Shown piece after piece: positions 9,978 through 18,838 of a stretch of DNA of 64,000 nt (within the stretch, counting starts at the first letter, position 1; each line of letters begins with the position of its first letter). The DNA comes from Candidatus Thorarchaeota archaeon (lineage in GTDB: Archaea; Asgardarchaeota; Thorarchaeia; Thorarchaeales; Thorarchaeaceae), in assembly GCA_048884965.1 (NCBI GenBank), contig JBHLQH010000016.1:1-64000 (forward strand), read 5' to 3'. A program made the translations under genes and the position numbers. Under the pieces are notes generated by a model, which saw only the letters and a program-made list of their open reading frames with translations, ran no database searches and was not told where the DNA came from.

Positions 9978-10319
9978 GTGTCTGATGAAGGCGGAATATG
10001 CCCAAATTGTGGCCTCCCAACTGACCTGTGCGTCTGTGAAACTATCGCACAGGAAGAGGCTCGAATAACTGTGAATATCGAACGTAGAAAATGGGGTCGT
10101 CTCTATACGGTCATTGAAGGTTTTGATAAGAATATCGACCTTGGTGACTTGGCCTCCAAGCTTAAGACCAAACTTGCCTGTGGTGGTGCAGCAAAGCACG
10201 GACATGTTGAGCTGCAAGGAGACCACAGAGCTATGATCACAGATGTTCTGAATCAACTAGGCTTCCCTGAAAGTCAAATCGTGGTTGATTGGTCTTTCAC
10301 AGGTGGAAGAAACAGGTAG
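9978..10319 (+). CDS. Translation initiation factor aIF1 (SUI1)
   Basis: CPNCGLPTDLCVCE, LKTKLACGG, VELQGDHR. Confidence 0.95.
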   Translation: MSDEGGICPNCGLPTDLCVCETIAQEEARITVNIERRKWGRLYTVIEGFDKNIDLGDLASKLKTKLACGGAAKHGHVELQGDHRAMITDVLNQLGFPESQIVVDWSFTGGRNR

Positions 10320-10391
10320 TTTCTGTATGTGACGGTTATGATTGCCTGTCAACAGGCATTCCCGTCCAATAGTAGTCAACGTGAGTCTGGA

Positions 10392-11363
10392 CTAGGAGAA
10401 ATTCAGTGCATCGATATTCAGTTTCTTGACTATCTCCTTGTAGCGATTTCTTACAGTGACCTCTGTCACCCTAGCTACCTCAGCAATCTCACGTTGAGTA
10501 CGTCGCTCATCCAGCATTATTGAAGCGACATATATTGCTGCAGCTGCTAGACCGAGAGGGTCTCTGCCAATGGTTAGACCGATGTCACGGCTTCTCTTTA
10601 GGATTTCAATTGTACGAAGCTGGACAGTGCTAGAAAGCTGGAGCTCAGTTGCAAAACGAGAGATGTAATCGACAGGATTCGACAGTGGGATTTGAATCCC
10701 CAGCTTACGTAGAAGAAGTCTATAGCATTGACCTAGTTTCTTCTTATCAACTCTCGATGCGTCAGCAACCTCATCTAATGGTCGTGGCTTCTGTCGTATT
10801 CGGCATGCTGCGTAGAGTGTTGCTGCGACCATTGCTTCAATGGATCGCCCACGCACCAGCTTCTTGATGATGGCCTTTCGATATAATAACGCAGATTGTT
10901 CTCGAATGGGTTTTGGAATCCCAAGCTGAGATGATAGTCGTTCAAGCTCTGACATTGCCTGAGCTAGATTACGATCCAGCGAACTATGAACTCGTGAGCG
11001 AATCTGCCATTTCCTCAAACGATAGATCTCAGAGCGTCGACTCGGACTTAGTTTCTTTCCAGAGATATCACGGTCTCTCCAATCAATTATAGTCGAGAGA
11101 CCCTTATCATGTACTGTATACCTCATTGGTGCGCCAACTCTGCTTCTAGCGTCGGATTCCTCAGAACTAAACGCTCTCCATTCAGCCCCAGTGTCAATTC
11201 GGTGATCAGACAGGACAAGTCCGCATTCACCACACACCTTCTCTCCACGAGACAAATCTTCGACAACAGACTCGCTCCCGCATTCAGAACACGCCTCGAT
11301 GAGGTCTGAAGAATCAGCATTGCCTTTCTTTGGTGATGTACCACTCAACTCGTCCACCAACAA
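10392..11363 (-). CDS. tfb: Transcription initiation factor IIB
   Basis: Zn ribbon CSECG..CGECGLV, EWRAF, RVGAP, HDKGLST, two cyclin repeats, TEVTVRNRYKE. Confidence 0.97.
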   Translation of the reverse strand: MLVDELSGTSPKKGNADSSDLIEACSECGSESVVEDLSRGEKVCGECGLVLSDHRIDTGAEWRAFSSEESDARSRVGAPMRYTVHDKGLSTIIDWRDRDISGKKLSPSRRSEIYRLRKWQIRSRVHSSLDRNLAQAMSELERLSSQLGIPKPIREQSALLYRKAIIKKLVRGRSIEAMVAATLYAACRIRQKPRPLDEVADASRVDKKKLGQCYRLLLRKLGIQIPLSNPVDYISRFATELQLSSTVQLRTIEILKRSRDIGLTIGRDPLGLAAAAIYVASIMLDERRTQREIAEVARVTEVTVRNRYKEIVKKLNIDALNFS

Positions 11364-11537
11364 TCCTCCACCTGAACAGAGCCATCGCAGACTGTCTGAA
11401 ATCGGAGAAAATCAATGAGGTAAAAGACAGACTCCCGGGCCCATTCTAATTAAATGTGATTCTATGCTTTTAATGATTGTGGGAAAAGTGAAATGATGTT
11501 CGACAGGTCCCGATGAGGCCTGTCGATTGAGTTCATA

Positions 11538-12476
11538 CTAAGTGGTCTGGACACGACCTTTCTCTGTGATCAAGACTGTATGCTCATGTTGAGCGACAAA
11601 CTCACCTTTCTCTTCTGCAAGTATATGATGAGCTATTAAGGCGCCATTATGAGACAGCTCGCGAACGGCCATCTTCATTGTAGCATGTCCCATCTGCTCA
11701 GCAATCCAGCGTTCAGCAAAAGGAAACTCGCCATAGTCCTTTCTGGCTATGCCAAGGAATTGTCGGGTGCCCTTGAATCTAACAGGTACACGGATTGGTA
11801 GAAGTTGGTAAATTACTGGGTTTGGAAGATCGGTTACGTTTCCAGAGCCAGTTGAAGCAAAGGTTTCAACGGCATAAATCTCGCCCTCTTCGATGACTAC
11901 CTCAGATTTTCCTGAAACACAGGGAACCTGCTTTTCAGAGTGCAGTTCGAACTCCTTCATCTGATGCCCTGAGAGTTGCCTGATTGGCTTGAATCCAGCA
12001 CTTTCTATAGTGTCTTCAATGAGTGCTCCAATGGTGTTCAGCTTTGCACCGGGACGCATCATCTTGATAGCTAATGTTGTGGCATCCTCTGCGGCCTTCA
12101 CTAATGCCTGATGATCTGGGTTTAGTGCGATAGTGAATGCGGTATCTGCAATGCAACCATCAATGTGCGCACCAACATCTACAGTAACAAGATCTCCTTC
12201 TTCAATGACGCTCTCGTCGTCCAGAGGAGAGGTATAGTGGGCAGCTATATTATTCAGGGAAATGTTGCATGGAAATGCAATCCCAGTAGCCTTCTCACGA
12301 ATATGATTCTCTGTGGCATTTACAATATCTAATAGCTTCGTGCCAGGTTCAATCATTGGTCTAGCGATAGCCAATGCTTCTCGAGCGATAATTCCTGCCT
12401 CTTTCCATTTTGCCCATGGGTCAGCTGCTTCATCTTCAGTCGTATCTTTCGGTTTATCTTCTGGCACTGTATTCAC
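11538..12476 (-). CDS. map: Type II methionine aminopeptidase
   Basis: AFPCNISLNNIAAHYT, DVGAHIDGCIADTAFT, LSGH, YAVETFAS, AQHEHTV. Confidence 0.95.
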   Translation of the reverse strand: MNTVPEDKPKDTTEDEAADPWAKWKEAGIIAREALAIARPMIEPGTKLLDIVNATENHIREKATGIAFPCNISLNNIAAHYTSPLDDESVIEEGDLVTVDVGAHIDGCIADTAFTIALNPDHQALVKAAEDATTLAIKMMRPGAKLNTIGALIEDTIESAGFKPIRQLSGHQMKEFELHSEKQVPCVSGKSEVVIEEGEIYAVETFASTGSGNVTDLPNPVIYQLLPIRVPVRFKGTRQFLGIARKDYGEFPFAERWIAEQMGHATMKMAVRELSHNGALIAHHILAEEKGEFVAQHEHTVLITEKGRVQTT

Positions 12477-12547
12477 CTTGCACTACAAAGCTGGTCATAT
12501 GTTGACTCATAAAAGTGACGGAATGACTTGCATATCAGATTGCTGGT

Positions 12548-12946
12548 TCAAACGAGTGTCTGAGCTATTTGACGGGCTATCTTACTGAGCATGAAGAATA
12601 GGTATCCCAAATTCACTTTGCGATTGGTAAGCACAGCAAGAATAGCGTCCTCACCAGCGCCACCAATTATCACATATCCATTATCGCCTTCAATAAGCAT
12701 TCGAACTAATGGACCTCGTTTCAGTTCCTTGAAGACCTTGGCAGTGGCCATCTGAATCTGAGTAGTCCTGCCAGCAATCACATCTTCATCAGGTATACCA
12801 TCAGGGGGAGTGTTATCAGGATAGTGTGAACATATCGTCAGTCCTTGAGACCGAGATATAATTAGACTGGCTTGGATATTACCTTGGGAGGCTCTACTTA
12901 GATCTTCTAGCAGCCCAGTTAGAATTTCCGTCTTCGAAGACATCAT
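12548..12946 (-). CDS. Roadblock/LC7 domain protein
   Basis: ASLIISRSQGLTICS, ELKRGPLVRMLIEGDNGYVII, AILAVLT, NLGYLFF roadblock pattern. Confidence 0.88.
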   Translation of the reverse strand: MMSSKTEILTGLLEDLSRASQGNIQASLIISRSQGLTICSHYPDNTPPDGIPDEDVIAGRTTQIQMATAKVFKELKRGPLVRMLIEGDNGYVIIGGAGEDAILAVLTNRKVNLGYLFFMLSKIARQIAQTLV

Positions 12947-13027
12947 TACTTTCCTCCCTAAGGGGGTATCTTTGTGTTCTTTGGGTTGACTAGTATTTAA
13001 ACATTGATTAGACTGAATAGTGCAACA

Positions 13028-13801
13028 TTAGATACGCTGAGAGCCTGCCTCTTTGAGACCTTTGATGATTTCTTTGAGCTCAGCACCTTTGTCTGTAACA
13101 ACTTTCTTCTCGATGTATGTTCCCTGTACCACAATAGATGCTCCAGCCCTGACACCTCGAACTACGTCCTCTTTAGTATTGAACCCTCCACCTGTGATGA
13201 CAGGAATATCTGCGAATTGAGCAATCATTGAAATCATGTCGCTGGGTACACCACCACCCTCAGCACCGCTCCCTGCTTCGAGATAGACGAGTTTGAAACC
13301 CATAAGCTCTGCAGCCAGTGCATACATAAGCGCAATCTTTGGCTTGTCACGTGGGAATACCTTTGCGTCACCAACCCATGCAGCTGTCTTACCAGGAGCC
13401 ACCATGAGATATGCCATGGGTATGGTTTCAAGGTTTGCCATCTTCACTCCAGCGGCACCAAGAGCTTGGGCACCAATTATCCAATATGGGTTGGTACTAT
13501 TCAGTAGGCTCATGAAGAACATGGCATCAGCATATTTTGAAACGCCGGTAATGTTGCCAGGGAAGAGGATCGTCGGAATCTCAACTGCATCACTGATTGC
13601 TTTCACAGATTCATCGATATAGCCAAAGATCGTGCTTCCTCCAATCATGATGCCATCGGATCCAGCTTTTTCGCACAGTCGAGCTTGCTCAACAACAGTG
13701 GCGATATCAATGGACATGGGGTCAGGATCAAGAAGCGAGAAATGTAATGCACCATCTTTCTTGATCTTCTCTGTGATATAGGTCCAGACTTTTCCAGACA
13801 T
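13028..13801 (-). CDS. Geranylgeranylglyceryl phosphate (GGGP) synthase
   Basis: HFSLLDPD, IMIGGS, ILFPGN, FFMSLLNS.NPYWIIGAQ, YLEAGSGA, TGGG; start MSGKVW. Confidence 0.95.
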   Translation of the reverse strand: MSGKVWTYITEKIKKDGALHFSLLDPDPMSIDIATVVEQARLCEKAGSDGIMIGGSTIFGYIDESVKAISDAVEIPTILFPGNITGVSKYADAMFFMSLLNSTNPYWIIGAQALGAAGVKMANLETIPMAYLMVAPGKTAAWVGDAKVFPRDKPKIALMYALAAELMGFKLVYLEAGSGAEGGGVPSDMISMIAQFADIPVITGGGFNTKEDVVRGVRAGASIVVQGTYIEKKVVTDKGAELKEIIKGLKEAGSQRI

Positions 13802-13889
13802 CAAAGTACCTCCGGGGGTAATGAGTCGAGGCGTGACTGCTTTTTTACGCTTTTGGTGATGCCTGTTCACACCGTTCTGAGGAAACTAA

Positions 13890-14516
13890 TCATAAGATTC
13901 TGAGGAAGAACCTACCAGTTCGCTTCATGTATTCCTTGTAGGCGCCTCCGAATTGTTGTAGTAGATTATCCTCCTCATTGATGGCTATTTCATAGTATCC
14001 CCAAATTCCAACGAATAAAACCATTGACAAGATGGTTGGCATCATCAAGAAAATGGCAATGAAGCAGATGAGATAGGATGTATAGGAAGGGTGTCGTACT
14101 TTTGCATAGGGACCAGTCGTAATCAACTTGTGATCATCGCGCATTGACCATGAGGACGCTAGTTCCCGACGGTGATACCTAGACCAAGCATGTAGGACTA
14201 TCCCAAAGGCAAGCATTGCAAAGCCAATAATCCACATAACATCAGGCGGGTCTATAATCAGAGGGATCTGAAATTGGAGGTATGTCTCCCCAATGCCGAG
14301 TATCCAAGCTACGGGAAACATGAGCACGAGTACGAAAGCAAGGATAGTTGAGATTGCTGCGGCACCCAAAGGGATTGATGGGACTTCAGAAGATGGCTCC
14401 CGAAAAGGTTTACTCCCTTCTACTCGTGCCTTCTGATAATCAAAATAGAGATGAATGCCGACATCGATGATTGCAAAAACGCCAATGATTGGACCCACGA
14501 TAGAGAAATCCAACAT
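13890..14516 (-). CDS. Isoprenylcysteine carboxyl methyltransferase / PEMT-family membrane protein
   Basis: HKLITTGPYAKVRHPSY, EEDNLLQQFGGAYKEYMKRTGRFF. Confidence 0.88.
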   Translation of the reverse strand: MLDFSIVGPIIGVFAIIDVGIHLYFDYQKARVEGSKPFREPSSEVPSIPLGAAAISTILAFVLVLMFPVAWILGIGETYLQFQIPLIIDPPDVMWIIGFAMLAFGIVLHAWSRYHRRELASSWSMRDDHKLITTGPYAKVRHPSYTSYLICFIAIFLMMPTILSMVLFVGIWGYYEIAINEEDNLLQQFGGAYKEYMKRTGRFFLRIL

Positions 14517-14723
14517 AGATAGTTAACTGAATTGCTCAGTTATCACTTTTTCTAAAACTATAGGTACAAATTGTAACTTTCATGGATGGATAAAGTCCTA
14601 ATACATACAAAATATGCCGACTTAATGATAGTTTTCTCAACCTTTATTATGAATTCTGTTCGTTTGAGATAGATAGCCTGCTTGCTAAGGCGAGAGTATG
14701 GCGTTCTGTGAGGAAGAAACCCA

Positions 14724-17282
14724 ATGACAACAAGCGATCCGGTTCCAGAGGGTGGAACAGGAGCTGAGCCAAAGGTAGAATCTGCTGAAGATGAGCTAAG
14801 GATTGGTGTGTTCCCCTGTAAGTGTGGGAAGAACATAGGAGCTGTCGTGGACATCGATGCAGTTGCTGAGTATGCAAGGATGCTACCCGGGGTGGTTCAT
14901 GTGCAGGTCAATACATACACCTGTGCAGACCCAGGCCAGAAGGAGATACAAGAAGCGATTAGGGAGCATAATCTGAATCGAATCGTTGTTGCAAGCTGTT
15001 CCCCAACCATGCATGAAGATACGTTCAGGAAGACTGTGAAAGGCGCAGGGCTTAATCCATACCTATGCATCATGGCAAACATACGCGAACACGTGTCTTG
15101 GGTACATCAGCATGATCATGAAGGAGCTACTTTGAAGGCAAAGGAGCTCGTGGCCATGTCGGTCGCTAAAGCAGCAACCCTAACAGCACAACCCGAATTA
15201 GATGTGCCTGTTACTCAGGCTGCGATGGTAGTTGGTGCTGGAGTAGCAGGCATGCAAGCATCCCTAGATCTCGCGGACATGGGCTACAAGGTCTACCTGA
15301 TAGAGAAAGAGCCAACCATAGGAGGCATCATGGCAATCTTGGACAAGGTATTTCCGCAGAATGACTGTTCGATATGTATCCTAGGTCCCAAGATGGTCGA
15401 TGTCATACAACACCCCAATATCAAAGTCATCAGCATGGCAGAGGTCGATGAAGTATCCGGATATGTAGGGAATTTCTCTGTGAAAGTAAAGCAAAAGGCT
15501 CGCTATGTCGATCCTGATGCATGTACAGCATGCGCAGAGTGTGTTGATGTATGTCCTGTGGATGTTCCGAGCAGAGTTGATCAGAATCTTGCATGGAGAA
15601 AGGCAATCTACATTCCATTCCCACAAGCGGTCCCCTCTTCATATGTGATAGACCCTGAGGCGTGCTTGGGCATGGACCTCTTGAGATGTGGAAAGTGCTT
15701 TGAGAAATGCGAACAGCATGCAGTTGTTCCAGAGGACACCGGAAAAATCATAGAGTTCGACGTAGGGGTCATCATCCTTGCCACAGGATTCGTTCCTGCC
15801 AAGCCAGAGAAGATACCACGGCTTGGATGGGGAAGATATCCCAATGTGATAACATCTCTTGAGTTCGAGCGATTAATCAATGCCGCAGGACCTACAGAAG
15901 GGAAATTGATCAAACCCTCAGATCTGACTAAACCAAAATCGGTAGGAATAATCCAATGTGTTGGGTCGCGGGACATCGATTCGAGAACAGGCTGTTCGAA
16001 CTACTGCTGTGCTGAGAGCGTAAAGTGTGCCTTGCTGATAAAGGAGCACTATCCAGAAACAGAGGTTGTCATCTACTATCAAGACCTCAGGATGCACGGC
16101 AAGTACTTTGAGGATCAATATCTCAAAGCGCGGGAAGTAGGCGTGAAATTCATCCGGGGAAGAGTTGGTGAAATTCAGGAATATCCCCATACAAAGAATC
16201 TGAGGGTCAGCGTTGAGGATACAACCCATAACAAGCTCTTGATGGTGGATTTTGACATGGTCATTCTATCGATGGGAGCTGAAGGAACAGCTGGCAACAT
16301 CCCGCTACCGGTATCAGTGACTCACGATCATTTCTACATAGAATCTCATCCCAAACTTAGACCTGTGGATACAAGCTCTGCAGGTGTGTTCATATGTGGT
16401 GGAGCAGAATCGCCCAAGGACATTCGAGATTCAGTTATTCAAGCAAGTGCAGCAGCAGGACGTGCTTCAATCATCCTTCAGAGAGGTAGGTACCCCATCG
16501 AAGCATTGAGTGCGAAGATACAACAAGACCTGTGTAGTCGATGTGGTACATGTGTGTCGCGCTGCCCGTACGGAGCGATAACACAAGATGGCACTGGAAA
16601 ATTCACGGTCATGGGAGCCTTATGCCAAGCATGCGGCACATGCGCGGGAGATTGCCCGAAAGATGCAATTATCATGCCCAACTTTACCAACGAGCAAATC
16701 TTCGCTCAAATCGAAACGGCGTTGAAGAATACACCAGAGGAGAAGATTGTTGCCTTTGCATGTGCATTCTGCTCCTATCGTGGGTCAGATCTCGCGGGAG
16801 TGTCACGGATGCAATATCCAACGAATGCGAGGGTCATCCGTGCCATGTGCTCCGGTAGATATTCTGTAAAATTCGCGCAAAAGGCATTCGAGCTTGGCGC
16901 AGGAGCAGTCCTCTATTCTGGATGCCACCTTCCTGCTGATTGTCACTTCCAAACAGGTAATCACTGGATGGCAAAGAGGGAACCTCGAATAAGAGGCTGG
17001 ATGAAAAGAAATGAGATTGATGATGAGCGTTTTAGGGTAGAGTGGGTCTCGGCCGGGGAAGGTAAGAAGTGGCAGGGGATAATGACAGAGATGTCAGAGG
17101 TTGCACTCAAGCATGCTAAAGAAATAAGGAGTACACCTGTGAAGAAGAAGGCAGTTAGATCTAAGGAAACGCCAGTAGTCAAGAAAGCAGCACCAAAGAA
17201 AGACAGCAAATCCAAGAAAGAAGCGACAAAGCAACCTGCGAAGAAAAAACCCCCTTCGAAGAAACCTAAGAAGGAGAAGTGA
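14724..17282 (+). CDS. hdrA: Heterodisulfide reductase subunit A fused to MvhD, with Lys-rich C-terminal tail
   Basis: IGVFPCKCGKNI, VASCSPTMHE, GAGVAG FAD motif, DCSICIL, ferredoxin motifs, ESHPKLRPV; then MvhD-like CAFCSYRGSDLAG, MCSGR, GCHLPADCHF, EWVSAGEG. Confidence 0.93.
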   Translation: MTTSDPVPEGGTGAEPKVESAEDELRIGVFPCKCGKNIGAVVDIDAVAEYARMLPGVVHVQVNTYTCADPGQKEIQEAIREHNLNRIVVASCSPTMHEDTFRKTVKGAGLNPYLCIMANIREHVSWVHQHDHEGATLKAKELVAMSVAKAATLTAQPELDVPVTQAAMVVGAGVAGMQASLDLADMGYKVYLIEKEPTIGGIMAILDKVFPQNDCSICILGPKMVDVIQHPNIKVISMAEVDEVSGYVGNFSVKVKQKARYVDPDACTACAECVDVCPVDVPSRVDQNLAWRKAIYIPFPQAVPSSYVIDPEACLGMDLLRCGKCFEKCEQHAVVPEDTGKIIEFDVGVIILATGFVPAKPEKIPRLGWGRYPNVITSLEFERLINAAGPTEGKLIKPSDLTKPKSVGIIQCVGSRDIDSRTGCSNYCCAESVKCALLIKEHYPETEVVIYYQDLRMHGKYFEDQYLKAREVGVKFIRGRVGEIQEYPHTKNLRVSVEDTTHNKLLMVDFDMVILSMGAEGTAGNIPLPVSVTHDHFYIESHPKLRPVDTSSAGVFICGGAESPKDIRDSVIQASAAAGRASIILQRGRYPIEALSAKIQQDLCSRCGTCVSRCPYGAITQDGTGKFTVMGALCQACGTCAGDCPKDAIIMPNFTNEQIFAQIETALKNTPEEKIVAFACAFCSYRGSDLAGVSRMQYPTNARVIRAMCSGRYSVKFAQKAFELGAGAVLYSGCHLPADCHFQTGNHWMAKREPRIRGWMKRNEIDDERFRVEWVSAGEGKKWQGIMTEMSEVALKHAKEIRSTPVKKKAVRSKETPVVKKAAPKKDSKSKKEATKQPAKKKPPSKKPKKEK

Positions 17283-17782
17283 TACACGTGGACAAGTCTA
17301 GTGATGCAGAGAGAATCAAAGAGATCCAAGAATCAGCCTTACCATGCTTTCAATGCGGAATTTGTGCTGCCTCATGTCCGATATTCCGAGTAGCTCCTGA
17401 ATTCAATCCAAGAATCGCAGTCGATGAGGTGATTCGTACTGGTACTGTTGCAGTTACTGGTAGAGAATGGTCGTGTGCCTATTGTTTGATGTGCGAAGAA
17501 AGATGTCCCATGGGAGTGGCACTAAGTGAGATTCTCATGCAAATCAAGAATCTATCAGCTCATGACGGAAAGGTTCCACCATCAATCATAGAGATGATGG
17601 ATGTCATTCGCTACACAGGAAAGGTGTCTCAAGCCTCAGCTCGAACTGATAAGAAGAGGAAGGAGCTTGGCCTTCCAGATCTTCCTCAACCAGATGTCAA
17701 CGAGGTTCACATGATATTTGAGAAAACAGGTGCGTCAGATAGATTGACACGATATAGAGAAGCGGAGGTCGAACCAGAATGA
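17279..17782 (+). CDS. hdrC: Heterodisulfide reductase subunit C
   Basis: CFQCGICAASCP and WSCAYCLMCEERCP; lies between hdrA and hdrB. Confidence 0.9.
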   Translation: MIHVDKSSDAERIKEIQESALPCFQCGICAASCPIFRVAPEFNPRIAVDEVIRTGTVAVTGREWSCAYCLMCEERCPMGVALSEILMQIKNLSAHDGKVPPSIIEMMDVIRYTGKVSQASARTDKKRKELGLPDLPQPDVNEVHMIFEKTGASDRLTRYREAEVEPE

Positions 17783-18684
17783 AATTCGCACTCTTTCCCG
17801 GTTGTACAATAGCGGATAGATTACCATTCATCGAGAAGTCAATACGTATGATAGCCCCTCACTTTGATATCGATCTTATTGACCTACCATTCACCTGTTG
17901 TCCTGAACCAAATAGTGTACGCTCATTCTCTGATATGACATGGCTTACTTTGGGAGCGAGAAATCTAGCACTTGCAGAAGAAGCCGGTGTCAACATCATG
18001 GCTGCTTGTGCTGGGTGCTTTGAATCTTTGAGCATGTCAAAGCATGTACTTGATACCAATGCTTCAGCAAAGGAAGAAGTCAATCAGGTTCTCAGGAGTA
18101 TTGGTAGAGAATACAAAGGAGAGGTCAATGTATACCACATTCAACAAGTCCTCTATGATGATGTTGGCAAGGATGCTCTCACGAAAAAAGTGAAACATCC
18201 GATAAACATGAGAGTCGTGACTCATCCGGGGTGCCATACCCTCCGTCCTCAGAAGCTCCTGCATATCGATGATTCAGAAGCGCCAGTGAAACTGGATGAA
18301 CTGGTATCCGCTCTAGGGATGGAGTCGTTAGAATATATGGACAAGGTAATGTGCTGCGGCGCAGGAGTAAGAGGAACCAACAGAGACGTCGCGTTTGGAG
18401 TCCTTCGGGAGAAGATGGATAGCATGATGATGGTTGAGCCAGATGCAGCTGTGGTCTTCTGTCCGACATGCTTCATCTCATTCGAAGCGGGCCAACGTGT
18501 TGTCAATCGAATGTTCGAACGGGACTATAACATCCCGGTCTACTATTTCACAGAACTGCTTGCGGTTGCTATGGGACTGGACGATGTAGATGTCATTCTT
18601 GCTGAGCATCGAGTGAAATCTGATGCACTTACCCTGCATCCGTCTGATGATGACAACAAAGTAGAAAATACAGCGTCACATTGA
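17779..18684 (+). CDS. hdrB: Heterodisulfide reductase subunit B
   Basis: Two CCG domains: FPGC..TCCP..ACAGC and HPGCH..CCGAG..FCPTC. Confidence 0.93.
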   Translation: MKFALFPGCTIADRLPFIEKSIRMIAPHFDIDLIDLPFTCCPEPNSVRSFSDMTWLTLGARNLALAEEAGVNIMAACAGCFESLSMSKHVLDTNASAKEEVNQVLRSIGREYKGEVNVYHIQQVLYDDVGKDALTKKVKHPINMRVVTHPGCHTLRPQKLLHIDDSEAPVKLDELVSALGMESLEYMDKVMCCGAGVRGTNRDVAFGVLREKMDSMMMVEPDAAVVFCPTCFISFEAGQRVVNRMFERDYNIPVYYFTELLAVAMGLDDVDVILAEHRVKSDALTLHPSDDDNKVENTASH

Positions 18685-18838
18685 ACACATATTTCGAAAG
18701 ATGAGTGAATTCACTATATCTATCTCGTGAGCCGTAAGCCTTTATTACTGGTATTTTTCCTCGAGGCAAAAGCTCGACAGGAATTTCAGTGCAAAGGCTT
18801 GCTCTTGAAATTGCTTATACAGCTCGAGGAGTATAAAA

